A model generated the notes under the pieces. It was not told the origin of the DNA, did no database searches, and saw only the letters and a program-made list of their open reading frames with translations. From Octopus vulgaris (Eukaryota): 64,000 nt of DNA. Location: the NCBI GenBank assembly GCA_951406725.2, contig OX597830.1, positions 48,732,001-48,796,000 of the forward strand, in the 5' to 3' direction. The position numbers were made by a program, and so were the translations under genes. This document shows positions 23,240 through 37,067 of this stretch, piece after piece. Position 1 is the first letter of the stretch; the number at the start of each line of letters is the position of its first letter.

Positions 23240-25824
23240 AAAATCCTTTGCATCCTGTTTTTCTTTTGATACATATATATATATATAATATATATAGGAG
23301 GGGGTACTGAAAATATAGGAGGATCAGTTAATTACGATTTCATTCAACGCATTTCCCTCTCAGATTCAATGATTTATTACAGTAGTCCTTTAAAGTATAA
23401 ATATAGACTCTTTTTTTGAACCAGCAATGTTGTGTTCGGTTAAGTCCTATTTAAGGTGAAAAATCAATAAACTAATTCCTTATGTGGTTTTCCAGTCAAT
23501 CAGGATGAAAAATCGATGAACCGAATTCTTATAGGATTTCTCACTAAAATTGGCTACACCCCATTTTTCAACCATAACTTTAACCAATTTTGATGTATTT
23601 TGTTAAAACTTGATGCCAGTGTTGCTTAGGACTCGTGGAATCTTTGAATGCTTTAAGTTCTCCAAAAACAAAAAACAAAAAAACATTCGATGAGTGGAAA
23701 AAAAATTAATAAACCGATTCCTTATGGGATTTCCCAATCAAATTGTCTGCAACCCATTTTCAGCCAAACGTTTACCAATTCCAACCGATTTTGCTCAAAT
23801 ACGTCAGTGTTACTTAGTTTGGTTTGAAAGAAAGCGCTTGATTAGCTTAATAATCCTAACTTAAGCCTGGGCAACGCCGGGCTATACCGCTAGTGTTATT
23901 CTTGCCCAACACACATCCTGCAGGGTAGGTCAGGTGTCATTAAATTATCTCAATCATTTGTGATAAGTGAGAGAAAAAGAGTTGAAGAGTTTGAATTAGA
24001 TATTTACATAAATTTTACAGATAGCATAATTATTAATGAGGAGTGTAATCATGTGAATACATAGAAAGGAAGTTAGACAGACAGACAGACTGGAGACTGG
24101 GTCAAGTTTTTTTTTTTTACAATTGTACTATTAGTATAAATAAAATTAATTACTTTCAACCTGGAATTAAAACTGGCTCAGAGATTCCTTCATGATCCAG
24201 AATCCTCAATGTCAGAGATTACATAAATTACATAATTTACACAATTTTAATTAAAGCTCTTCGTGACTTCCCAGAGTTAAAGTGAATCTCATAGTAGCTT
24301 GCACCGGGCACTCAAGTGATATACTTCACTCCACCTACAAGCTGTTTATATTATGGGTCAGTAAGGTTTGTTTTCAACAATCAGTAGTGACACACACCCA
24401 CAGACCTGATCTTCCAAGAAGCTATGACACCTCCCTTCACTTTAACAAAACTGGGTCCCCCCACACCAGTCAGCACACCTGTTTATCATACAACACACCT
24501 GTTTCTCTCCTCACTCATGATCTCTCTCTCTCTCTGACCAGGCAGCCATGTATTTCCTTTACAGCAAGGCACCTGTTTCCGTTACACTCCAACCTTTCCT
24601 CATCTGGCACAAGACCACCTCCAAAGATCTTCCTACCATGCATTCTTCTTCAACAGACACAACTAAGTGCAGTTGAGCAATATGGCTTCTCTTTAGGGAT
24701 TCCCAGGTCATGAATGTCCAGGAAATTTGGTTACAAATGCAATCAAGAATTCCAAGGATTATGTTTCCCTACCAAATTTTTAAATCAATAATTATTCTAA
24801 GCCACTTTTAAGCCATTTAACCCATTAGCATTCAGATTACACTAGTAAATATAATGCTTATTTACTCTCTTTCCTTGTTTCAGATTGTTTTGAATTTTGA
24901 ATTATTTTTAGAATGACATTATAGACTAAGGTGTGCAGAGGTCAAATCTAGCCAGTATGAACATAAACCAGGTGGGATAATTAGGCTGGGTACAGTTGGT
25001 TTAACCATCTAGCGTTTAGACCAGCCATACCTGGCCTGATAATTCTACCTGTTTTATATTCAAACTGGCCAGACATGGCTTCTCACACATACCCTACAAT
25101 GTCATTGAAAAACCAAGCAATCATACAGGCACATGCGTGGGTGTGTGGCAAGAAGCTTGCTTCCCAACCACATGGTTCCAGGTTCAGTTCTACTGCGTGG
25201 AACCTTCAGCAAGTGTTTTCTACTAAGACCGACCAAAGCCATGTGAGTGGGTTTGATAGATCGAAACTGAAAGAAGCCCATCATCATCATCATCGTTTAA
25301 CGTCCGTTCTCCATGCTAGCATGGGTTGGACGGTTCGACCGGGGTTCTGGGAAGCCAGAAGGCTGCACCAGGCTCCAGTCTAATCTGGCAATGTTTCTAC
25401 AGCTGGATGCCCTTCCTAACGCCAACCACTCCGTGAGTGTAGTGGGTTCTTTTTACGTGCCACCTGCCCACCTGCACAGGTGCCAGGCGAGGCTGGCAAC
25501 GGCCACGGTCAGATTGGTGTATTTTATGTGCCACCGGCACGGAAGCCAGTCGAGGTGGTGTTGGCATCGGCCACGAGTCGGATAGTGCTTTTTACGTACC
25601 ACCAGACCAGGGATCCTGGCTGGTTGATTTCGATTTCGCTTGCCCCAACATGTCTTCACAAGCAAAGGGGGTTGGCATGGGTGCCTGTCGTACGGTCGCA
25701 TTGGAGTATTTTACGTGCCGTCTTCACAAGCAAAGGGGGTTGGCATGGGTGCCTGTCGTACAGTCGCATTGGAGTATTTTACGTGCCACGGCCACGAGTC
25801 GGATAGTGCTTTTTACGTACAATA

Positions 25825-25907
<83 letters not shown>

Positions 25908-25919
25908 CATACAAAAATC

Positions 25920-25952
<33 letters not shown>

Positions 25953-26169
25953 ATCAAATAAAATTAAAAACAGAACACAAAGGATATCGCAGTACATGTG
26001 TTTCAAGCTTTATAAACAATCCACGCAATATCCTTTGTGTTCTGTTTTTAATTTTATTTGATATATTCTCACTCACCTCTGCCACTATCTGGCATATACA
26101 GGTGCTTACACTTATCAAGTATTCACCCTAAATTTACAGTACCTACTATATATATATATATCGACTCCT

Positions 26170-26372
26170 TATTCATTTTTCTAAAATGCACCATAAATGT
26201 TCAATTATATTGAGATCTGGGGACTGTGGTGGCCAGATAAGATGTTCAACTTCACTAGAATGTTCCTCATGACATTCAGTAAAAACTTTAGCTGTGTGAA
26301 TTGGTGCATTATCATCCTGAAAGATTGCGCTTCCCTCCAGAAAGTTCCACAACCATAGGATGGAATATTTCA
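26170..26372 (-). mobile_element. Fragment of the same Tc1 family (DDE region)
   Basis: AIFQDDNAPIHTAK...WPPQSPDLNIIEHLW, highly similar to 48935-49140. Confidence 0.88.
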
Positions 26373-27677
26373 TCATCTTTTAATTGTAGATACACTTGAC
26401 TTATTTCTAATTTGTAATTTGGCCATCAGAAACTTCACTGCCAAATAATACAATGATACTATATGAAAGACTAACCATCACTTTGTCAGATGATTCCCTT
26501 ACATTCCATTATGAATTGAAACCCATGATAGCTGAAGCACCCTTCCATCAAAATATCCCTATTAGTTGACATTTAGCATTCATCATCATCATTTAGCGTC
26601 CGCTTTCCATGCTAGCATGGGTTGGACGGTTCAACTGGGGTCTGGGAAGCCAGAAGGCTGCATCAGGCCCAGTCTGATCTGGCAGTGTTTCTACGACTGG
26701 ATGCCCTTCCTAACGCCAACCGCTCCGTGAGTATAGTGGGTGCTTTTTACATGCCACCTGCACAGGTGCCAGACGGAGCTGGCAAACGGCCACGGATGGA
26801 TGGTGCTTTTTACGTGCCACCGGCACGGGGGCCAGGCGGGGCTGGCAATGGCCACGATCAGATGGTGCTTTTTACGTGCCACCGATTGCCATTAACAAAA
26901 CCATTGACAGCAATCAAAAGACCATTTAACAATTTTAGGAATAACTCTCCATCGAAGCAGAGGCTTTCTGCCATGAGGTTCTTTGTTACCAAATTGAAGT
27001 GTTCCAATAACACTACAACCTAACACTATTCTCCTTTAGAGAATGCTTGCAATCTGATTGAAGAATTCTTTCTGTATTGTATTCAGGAAGTTTTAAATTT
27101 TTTTTTTCTTATAGGAAATTGCTAGACTTTTGCAATTGCTTTAACCCATCCAAGAATCAATGCACAGCACTCCCATCCTTTCAAAAGTTACAAACAGTCA
27201 TTAACAACACCTTCAGTCTTCTTTTCTTTTTTTCTCTCTCTCTCTCTTTTTTTCATTCTCTCTCCTTAATGATCAACAATTTCAATGTTTGTAAAGCCAA
27301 ATCTCTCTTAAATCACTCCTTGGTGTGAGATAAGACTCAACGAATATGGAGGAAACACTGTTGTTGTTCTTAACATCAGAGCATTTGACCACATCACACA
27401 CGGGAACTTCCGGGCAAAATTGTCCACAATGAACTCAACCTCTTGTTTAAATTGGTGCCTTCCTGCCAACACAATTGCAGCCTGTGATGACGGAAACTAC
27501 TACTGATTTGCCATCACCTTTGCTATGCCCCCAAAATTTAGTTTCAATCATTCTTTTCTCATTTACATCAGCATCCTAGTTACTCTCATCTCTCCACTCC
27601 TAAGCGGATGGTATTTCATTCATGACTTATCTTCAACACCCAAGCATCATTTACATACAGCCCAGACACCTCACAGT

Positions 27678-28226
27678 GAAAGCATGTGACTAAGGTGGTT
27701 AGGCTAATTTGGCTCATGATCGTATGGTCTTGGGTTCAATTTCTGGCAGTACATTGGGTCCTTGAGCAAGACACTTTATTTCATTTTAGTGCTCCAATCC
27801 ACTCAACTGGCAAAAATCTATTCTATCACATTTAGTGTCATACTGAATCTCCTTGAGAACTACATTAAGGGTTCCTTAATGTAGTTCTCAATGCGAGCTG
27901 GCAGAAACGTTAGCACGCCGGATGAAATGCGTAGCCCTATTTCGTCTGCCGTTACGTTCTGAGTTCAAATTCCGCTGAGGTCGACTTTGCCTTTCATCCT
28001 TTCGGGGTTGATAAATTAAGTACCAGTTACGCACTGGGGTCGATGTAATTGACTTAATCCGTTTGTCTGTCCTTGTGTGTCCCCTCTGTGTTTAGCCCCT
28101 TGTGGGTAGTAAAGAAATAGGTATGCACATCTGTGGAGTGCTCAGCCACTTGCACATTAATTTCACAAGCAGGCTGTCCCGTCGATCAGATAAAGTGGAA
28201 TCCTTATCACAACTGATGGAGTGCCA
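27678..28226 (+). mobile_element. Old tRNA-type SINE sharing the family-D tail, with a family-C SINE nested at 27893-28120
   Basis: Degenerate A/B boxes and GTCCTTGAGCAAGACAC; tail CTGTGGAGTGCTCAGCCACTT...GGAGTGC is shared with 51810-51952. Confidence 0.7.
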
Positions 28227-29175
28227 GAGGAGATCCCTCACAGCAAACCCACACTGATTACATGGAATAAAAGCTTCCAAACCATCCTTCAATGTGATCA
28301 GATCAATCAATCTTCTTCCAACAGCATAACTGACCACTACTAGACTGACTGGTTGTCTCACTCCTAAACATGAGCAATATACCACAAGAATCTTCAGTCA
28401 CTAAAATTGTCTCTACCAAGACTGACCTTGTTCAGGGTTAGGAAAACTTCATCATCATCATCCTCATTATATAACATCTTGTTTTCCATGCTGGCATGGG
28501 TTGGACAGCTGGACAAGAACTGGCTCCACACCAGGTTCCATAGTTTGTCTTGTTTTTTTGGGACCTTGGTTTCAATGGCTGGATGCCCTTTCTAATGCCA
28601 ACTACTTTACAGGGTGTACCATGTATCATCACCAGTGCTTTTTGCACAACACCAAAACCTGTGCTTTTTACGTGGCACCAGTACCCACACCAATGCTTTT
28701 TATGTGGCACTAACTATTGATTGGAGCTACAGCACCCAGACCTGGGACAGAACTGCAATATCTTAGACCTTAACCAAGAAAGTCTACCCAAATGACTGAT
28801 ACAAAATCATTCACAAATATACTGCATGCTCTTTACATTTACTATTGATGATGCTACTGCAGTGGCTTCTCTTCACACGTGACTGGGATCTAACCCCCAA
28901 CTATATGCAGGTATTCTTGACTCACTAACCCCTTTCTTTCTATCTCTTATATTGTGTCTACACTAACTATTATACCTAGGGCTGGTTTTAAACCAAAATT
29001 TGTTCAAATTGGGCCTTGCACCAAGAGAAGGGCCTATGCACATGCTTACCCTGTAATAAAACCGTTTAAACTTCCATATGAGTTTTCAATCTTTAGTAAA
29101 TCATTGTGGCTAATGGGGGAACCTGAAGCCCTCAATGCTTTTTGGCTGGGACTGGTGTACAACATAAAACATCAA

Positions 29176-30343
29176 GGATCTTTTCCTTTTGATGGATGGA
29201 ATTTTCTAGTTAACTAAACAATTTGAAACTTCGTATACTGGTAGAATGTGTCAAAAGAAAACATTATTGTAAACAAAATTGAAAACAAAATTGTAATTTG
29301 TAAGTTTAACGTAGTTTAAATTCTTCGAATTTTAACCAATGAAATGCCAGCATTTGAGCTCAAATCATTTGCTGCGTTATCGATATTGGTAAACAAACAT
29401 AGCAGACGCATACCGCATACACATACACACACACATATATTCAGATACATACACACGTACACTTGCACACACACACTCTCTGTCACTCTCTCTCTCTCTC
29501 AAACACATGCATATACATTTGCACAAGCACATAGTAATTAATATATAAGCGTACACACACATACAAACGGAGATATACATACACACACATACGCACACAA
29601 GCATACATACACGTTCGTGAGTTCGCACTGGTGTCGATAGAATCGACTCAATACTTTTGTATCTCATGCTTTGTCCCCTCTGTGTTTTGCCCCTTGCCGC
29701 AACAAATTTACACAAAAGGTAAGTAAACCAGAAGGGGGGGGCAATGTTTCATCATTTCGGGGTCGATAAATTAAGTACCAATTAAGCACTGGTGTCGAGG
29801 ATTTTTCCCCCAATTTATATCACAGCCTCCGACAAGCTGGGGCATCCTTTTATGAAAAAATATTTCGCAAATTTTTACAATACGACCCACACTCCACGCA
29901 CACCCTCTAGACCGATTTAGGCATATTATTGTTTTGTTTTTGTTGTTTCTGGCCCTTCAAAACCATGGGAGAAGCCTTTTCGGTAAAAAAAAATAAAGAA
30001 AATATTCAAAAAATATCGTTAATATTTTTATTGGGCGACGAAATTCATCGATTTAAGAGATGTAGCTGTTATTTCTAGCACATGCAGAAGACAGACAGAA
30101 GAGAGAAGGATGAATAACACGTGTGTGTGTCTGAGTTTTTAGACGCAGCAAATGATTTGAGCTCAAATGCTGGCATTTCATTGGTTAAAATTCGAAGAAT
30201 TAAACTACGTTAAACTTACAAATTACAATTTTGTTTTCAATTTTGTTTACAATAATGTTTTCTTTTGACACATTCTACCAGTATACGAAGTTTCAAATTG
30301 TTTAGTTAACTAGAAAATTCCGTCCATCAAAAGGAAAAGATCC
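29176..30343. mobile_element. Non-autonomous DNA transposon with ~200-bp TIRs and 8-bp TSD (Merlin/MULE-like)
   Basis: GGATCTTTTCCTTT...AAAGGAAAAGATCC, near-perfect inverted arms, TSD AACATCAA at 29168-29175 and 30344-30351. Confidence 0.88.
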
Positions 30344-30600
30344 AACATCAATCTTAGCTCTTGTAGAGGAGAGGGCCCCAATGACAATTCTCTAACTGGG
30401 CCCTGCACTTCCTAACATCAGTCTTGATTATACCTAACCCTACTTCCCTTCAGAATGCCAACTGTCATCTGCAATTCCCTTTCTGTGAAAAATCTGGGCA
30501 CAGCTCTTTTAATCCAGACCAATAAGGACAAAAAAATAATTTTTTAAAAATACTGAGCTTTATGTTTTCTTCTCACTCAATCAGTCACAATTAAATTTTT

Positions 30601-31320
30601 GGATCTTTTCATTTTGAAGGCCAGATTTTCCTAGTTAACTGAACAATTTGAAACTTCGTATACTGGTACCGAAAAGGCTTCTCCCATGGTTTTGAAGGGC
30701 CAGAAACAACAAAAACAAAACAATAATATGCCTAAATCGGTCTCGAATTTGCGCGTGGAGTGTGAGTAGTATTGTAAAAATTTGCGAAATATTTTTGTCA
30801 TAAAAGGATGCCCCCAGCTTGTCGGAAGCTGTGATATAAATTGGGAAAAAAATCCTCGACACCAGTGCGTAATTGGTACTTAATTTATCGACCCCAAAAC
30901 GCTGAAACATTGACCCCAAATTTGTTGCGGCAAGTGGCAAAACACGAACGTGTATTTTTGCTTGTGTGCGTATGTGTGTGTATGTATATGTCCGTTTGTA
31001 TGTGTGTGTACGCTTATATATTAATTACTATGTGCTTGTGCAAATGTGTGTGTGTGTGTGTGTCATGTCGTGTGACTGCTATATTTCTTTATCAATATCG
31101 ATAACGCAGCAATGTTGAGATTTCATTGGTTAAAATTTGAAGATGTTGGGATTTCATTGGTTAAAATTTGTAAAAATTAAACTACGTTTAAGTTACAAAT
31201 TACAATTTTGTTTTCAATTTTGTTTACAATAATGTTTTCTTTTGACACATTCTACCAGTATACGAAGTTTCAAATTTTTTAGTTAACTAGGAAAATCTGG
31301 CCTTCTAAATGAAAAGATCC
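30601..31320. mobile_element. Second, internally deleted copy of the same TIR family in opposite orientation
   Basis: GGATCTTTTCATTT...AAATGAAAAGATCC, TSD AAATTTTT; internal sequence is the reverse complement of 29380-29965. Confidence 0.85.
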
Positions 31321-33216
31321 AAATTTTTTTTGTCTGTTTCTACTTCCTTAGATTAATGATGGCCCCATGGTGAACAGAATCTCAACTAGACAGTCAAGTG
31401 TACATAAAGTGTATATACACATGTATACAGAACACACAAGTGAACAAGTAAAATGAGAACAGGTGGTGGTGGTGGTGGTGGTGTTATCAATGACCTACAT
31501 ATAAGAAAACAACAGGCATATCACCCTCAGCTTCAGGTCAGCTGCTCATTCCTTCTAACCACCTTCTAAAAGAAGTCAGTCACCATAGTAGGACTGAGAG
31601 TGATATTTCCTCTTCCTCTCTGTGAAAGAGAGGGAGGAGAGAGAGAGGGGGAGGGAGTGTGTGTGCATGAACATGCTAGCATGCCTATAGGCATAAGGCG
31701 GCGAGCTGGCAGAAACGTTAGTACACCGGGCTAAATGCGTAGCCGTATTTCGTCTGCCGTTACGTTCTGAGTTCAAATTCCGCCGAGGTCGACTTTGCCT
31801 TTCATCCTTTCGGGGTCGATAAATAGGGGTCAATGTAATCGACTTTATCCCTTTGTCTGTTCTTGTTTGTCCCCTCTATGTTTAGCCCCTTGTGGGCAAT
31901 AAAGAAATATATATATATAGGCATGCTAACATATATATAAAACATTATATATATATATTACTCTTTTACTTGTTTCAGTCATTTGACTGTGGCCATGCTG
32001 GAGCACCACCTTTAGTCGAGCAAATTGACCCCGGGACTTATTCTTTGTAAGCCCAGTACTTATTCTATCGGTTTCTTTTGCCGAACCGCTAAGTGACGGG
32101 GACGTAAACACACCAGCATCGGTTGTCAAGCAATGCTAGGGGGACAAACACAGACACACACACACATACATGTATATTTATATACATATATACGACAGGC
32201 TTCTTTCAGTTTCCGTCTACCAAATCCACTCACAAGGCATTGGTCGGCCCAGGGCTATAGCAGAAGACACTTGCCCAAGATGCCACGCAGTAGGACTGAA
32301 CCCGGAACCATGTGGTTGGTTAGCAAGCTACTTACATATATATATATATATATATACTTGTTTCAGTAATTTGACTGTGACTATGCTGGAGCAGCACCTG
32401 CAGTCAAGCCTAGTACTTATTCCATTGGTCTCTTTTGCCGAATCACTAAGTTACAGACTAGAAATCAAACACCCAATGCTATTAGCATACTTGTTTCAGT
32501 CATTTGACTGCGGCCATGCTGGAGCACCGCCTTTAATCGAGCAAATCGCCACCAGGACTTATTCTTTGTAAGCCTAGTACTTATTCTATCGGTATCTTTT
32601 GCCGAACCGCTATGTTACGGTGACGTAAACACATCAGCATGACTGGCATCCATGCTAGTGGAGCACTAAGAGCACCATCTGAGCGTGATCGTTGCCAGAG
32701 CAGCTAACTGGCTTCCGTGCAGGTGGCACGTAAATAACACCATTCAAGCATGATCGTTACCAGCATCACCTTACTGGCACTTCTGCCAGTTGCACGCGAA
32801 AAAACATTCGACCGAGGTCGTTGCCAGTGCCGCTGGACTGCCCCCTGTGCAGCTGGCACGTAAAAAACAACATTTGAGCATGGTCGTTGCCAGTACCCTC
32901 TGACTGGCCCTCATGCCAGTGGCATGTAAAAGTACCCACTACACTTTCGGAGTGGTTGGCATTAGGAAGGGCATCCAACTGTAGAAACTCTGCCAGATCA
33001 GATTGGAGCCTGGTGCAGCCATCTGGTTTGCCAATCTTCAGTCAAATCGTCCAACCCATGCTAGCATAGAAAGCGGACGTTAAACGATGATGATGATATA
33101 TGATAGGCTTCTCTCAGTTTCCATCTACCAAATCCACTTGCCCAAGCTTCTTACTACACACCCATTCCTGTGTATGTATGTATGTATATACACATGCACA
33201 TACATACATACATACA

Positions 33217-33497
33217 CAGGGTGTGGTGAATAAACTCACCTAAATTTCACAAAAATGAAAATAACACTGACATCTCATTTTAAGATACATTTACCAAAAT
33301 TACACAAAAATATCTTGAAATACTAAAGAGTAAATTTATTCAATAAAAATCGTCACTGGCTTCAACGACGGCCTCCGGGCAACTCAGGAATCTTCTGCAA
33401 CTCTTCTGGACGGTCTCCTTGTTTAAGTTGGTGAATGCTGCCATAATCCTTGACTTCAGTTCATCTTTGATGTTACAAGAAGTTTTATTGGTCTCAT
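33217..33497 (-). mobile_element. Tc1/mariner-superfamily 3' terminal fragment
   Basis: TA-CAGGGTG terminus at ~33215; minus-strand translation ETNKTSCNIKDELKSRIMAAFTNLNKETVQKSC resembles a transposase C-terminus. Confidence 0.6.
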
Positions 33498-33499
33498 CC

Positions 33500-34110
33500 T
33501 GGGGTAAATCTGACATTGTTTAAAGCAGATCCATCTGGTTTCCTTCAACATTTCCTAATCCACGATGAGTATTGTGTTCACCATTTTGAGACAGAGACAA
33601 CACATGCAGTAGAAACGCCCTTCCTTACCTGTTCCAAAGGTCAAGGACGTTTCAACTGCAGAGAAGGTAATGGTCTCAGTTTTTTTTGGTGGGGGGATGC
33701 AAAAGGCATTGTGCTAATTGACTAATTTTGAAAGGACCACACTATCAATGGAGAGTACTAAGCCAACTAGTTATGAAAGGTTATCGAGACCAAACACACA
33801 GGAAAACTGACGCAAGAGATTTTGCTTCAAAGAACAATGCTCCAGCATATAAGTCCTTGGTTTCAATGGCTGCTATGCATGACTTTGAACTGGTTGATTT
33901 TCCCTTACCTGACTACTATCTGTTGCCCAATATGGAACCAGTATTGCAGTGATGATGTCATATCGGCGGTTGATTACTTTTTTGACCAACAGGATGACAG
34001 CGCAGCAATACTGATAGAAGCGTGTGGACCGCAAGGGGGACTGTTGAAAAATAAATCTCATTTGGCCATATTCCATGAAAGTATCTTGGTCAGCCTATGG
34101 ACGTATCAAT
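33500..34110 (+). mobile_element. Decayed mariner transposase fragment
   Basis: FLQHFLIHDEYCVHHFE, WGDAKGIVLID, TINGEY and NNAPAYKS in broken frames. Confidence 0.75.
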
Positions 34111-34254
34111 TGATCATCGTATGCTGTCTTCTTGCAATACTGTATGCCAGGAGCGTAACCAGTCCGCTTATGCGTTCCTTTTCCTTCTTTGGTCACTAAA
34201 CTCTGCTTGCGAAGACCTGTTGAGGCAAATGAAATCGAAATCAAACTCGATGAC

Positions 34255-34927
34255 TGGCATCCGTGCTAGCGGGGTGCAAAGAGCACCATACAAGTGTGAT
34301 CGTTGATAGAGCGGCTAACCGGCTTCCGTGCCAGTGGCACATAAAAGGGCACCATTTGAGCATGATCGTTACCAGTGTCGCCTTACTGGCACTTGTGCCC
34401 GTGCTAGTAGGGTGCCAAGAGTACCATCCAAGCATGATCGTTGCCAGAGCAGCCAACTGGCTTCCGTGCCAGTGACACGTAAAAGGGCACCATTCAAGCG
34501 TGATCGTTACCAGTATCGCCTTACTGGCACTTGTGCCCATGCTAGTAGGGTGCCAAGAGTACCATCCGAGCATGATCGTTGCCAGAGCAGCCAACTGGCT
34601 TCCGTGCCGGTGGCACGTTAAAAAGGGCACCATTCGAGTGTGTGTTACCAACGTCGCATTACTGGCACCCGTGCCGGTGGCATGTGTAAAAAGATTCAAG
34701 CGAGGTCATTGCCAGTACCGCCTGATTGGCTCCCGTGCCGGTGGCACATAAAAAGCACCCGCTACACTCTCGGAGTGGTTGGCGTTAGGAAGGGCATCCA
34801 GCTGTAGAAATTCTGCCAGAGCAAGATTGGGGCCTGGTGTGGCCGTCTGGTTCGTCAGCCCTCAGTCAAAATCGTCCAACCCATGCTAGCATGGAAAGCG
34901 GACGTTAAATGATGATGATAATGATGA
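34255..34927 (+). mobile_element. Repeat family B, long copy with an expanded hairpin-unit array
   Basis: Alternating units with GTGCCRGTGGCAC / GTGCTAGTAGGGTGC and CATGATCGTT; same body and (GAT)n tail; related copy at 32640-33096. Confidence 0.8.
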
Positions 34928-35122
34928 CAGAAGCACCTTCATTAGATCGTCTTTACTGTAACCATTTATTTTCATTCTGATAGTGCACCCTAGATCCACA
35001 CTATCAATGTCGCCTCTTTTATAAAAAAGCAGAGTATGATTTAGAGGGGAATTTCCTGGCCATTCTTAGAATATCGAATGATCGTACAGAAATTCTCCCA
35101 TTAGCATATGCTAAGATTAAAT

Positions 35123-35619
35123 GGTACTTTTTTGGTTACCTCAACCCCATTAAAAAATTGGGTTATCTCCCCACTAAAAAGTTGAGTTTTATGTGGCGAC
35201 AAGAGATTGGCCTCCTCAACAGGCAGGGTACGATCTGTTATAAAGATGTTATTAGATTCAAAAGAACGTTTAATTTTTTTAGTTTTCATATTTATCAATT
35301 TTTCCAGTTTTGAAGGATTTGTTATAAAAATATCTTTTCACTTTGCATACTCTCTTTTACTCTTTTACTTGTTTCAGTCATTTGACTGTGGCCATGCTGG
35401 AGCACCGACTTTTAGTCGAGCACATCGACCCGGGACTTATTCTTTGTAAGCCCAGTACTTATTCTATCGGTCTCTTTTGCCGAACCGCTAAGTGACGGGG
35501 ATGTTTATTAATTTTTCATTTCTTTTTTCTTTTGTTTTATTGAGGGTTGAGCAATTTTTTTTTTTAGTCGGTGGAGATAACCCAATTTTTTAATGGGGGT
35601 GAATTAACCAAAAAGTACC
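35123..35619. mobile_element. MITE with ~55-bp TIRs and a nested SINE fragment
   Basis: GGTACTTTT(T)TGGTTA...CCCCATTAAAAAATTGGGTTATCTCC is inverted at 35562-35619; no clear TSD. Confidence 0.7.
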
Positions 35620-37030
35620 CATGAACCAAGGTTGTCTGGGCGTTAGCAACCAAAGTTAACATTAGGTATCATGGATTAAGCGTTAGCAATCACTTTGATG
35701 TAGAGTGACATTAGCAATCAATGCAACAACAATAATATGGAGTATAGAATGAGATTCCTGTGTATGATGAAACGACAAAAGCAAAAGGTCCCAGGTTCGA
35801 CCCTACTACCTGGAGACATGTCTTCTACAATACTTAGGGCAGCCCAAGCCTTGTAACTGGAACTGGGTCGACAGCAAACGCCGGAGACCTATTATTGGTC
35901 ATGATGACTAAAGAAACTAGTAATTCATTGAGTAAGTCATCCATGACACAGCTTCTCCATGTTTGACATGCTCGAAATAGAAGTTACATCCATTCCCCCT
36001 CACGAACTCAGGGAGATTACGTGGTCGTTGGTTGAGCCTTTAGAAATAACAACCAAATCACTCACATGAGCGAAAGGAGTCTATATGTCACCAACCTGCT
36101 AGAAACAGCAGCAAGTCTCCCTCAAATCATAGGTTTCATTGTCTCGTAGATTGCAACGTTGAAGGGGGAACAACGTGGAATAATACACCATGCAGGCAAC
36201 TCCAAGCAATCTGTTGAATTGGTTTTTTGTTTTTTTTTGGAATATTCGTAATTTCCCACATGTAAAACCTTTTTCACTTTCATATTTTTGTCTGTATTTA
36301 ATTTCGATTTGCACATGTTCGTCAATTCTCTAAAATCTCTTTAAAGTAAACAAAATTTAATTGGGGGGGTATGATTAAATTTTTTTTGCAGATTTTTTTG
36401 CATCTCTGACATCTAAAACACAGGAATCTGGAATAAAAATTTTTCCAAAAAATGCATTTTTCAAGGAGAGTTGCGAAACTGCAATTAGCCCCGTAAAACC
36501 TAAGGAATCCGAATAAACTTTTCAGAAAAATGCATTTCTTTTAAGGGAAGAGATACGAATCTGCATTATTATTAGACAATGTCGCAATGAAAGACCAATA
36601 AGCTTAGGCTGGAATGCCTTGGATCATTCATTATAGAGTTGATTCAAGATTTAATACCTCCATTTGGTTACGTGAAGAAAACAGAAGAGAATAACAGTAG
36701 CAGGCGGGAATAGAACCATTAACCCTTAAGGTAATTGGCTGCAAATACTTAGGAATGTTTTAATTATGAGAGGAGTTATTTTTTTTCTTTTTCAGCATGG
36801 TGTCTTCCGAAAGATTCTATTGAAAGAACGGTTCATTGTAAGGGAATGTATCACGACTTACCATATATATATATATATTTATACACATACATATGTATAT
36901 ATACATGCGTACACATACATGCATACACATATACATACATATATACATACACACATATATACATACACATATATATAAATCCTTAAAAATGTTTTAGCCC
37001 GAAGGCCGCGGCCATGCTGGGGCACCACCG

Positions 37031-37067
<37 letters not shown>

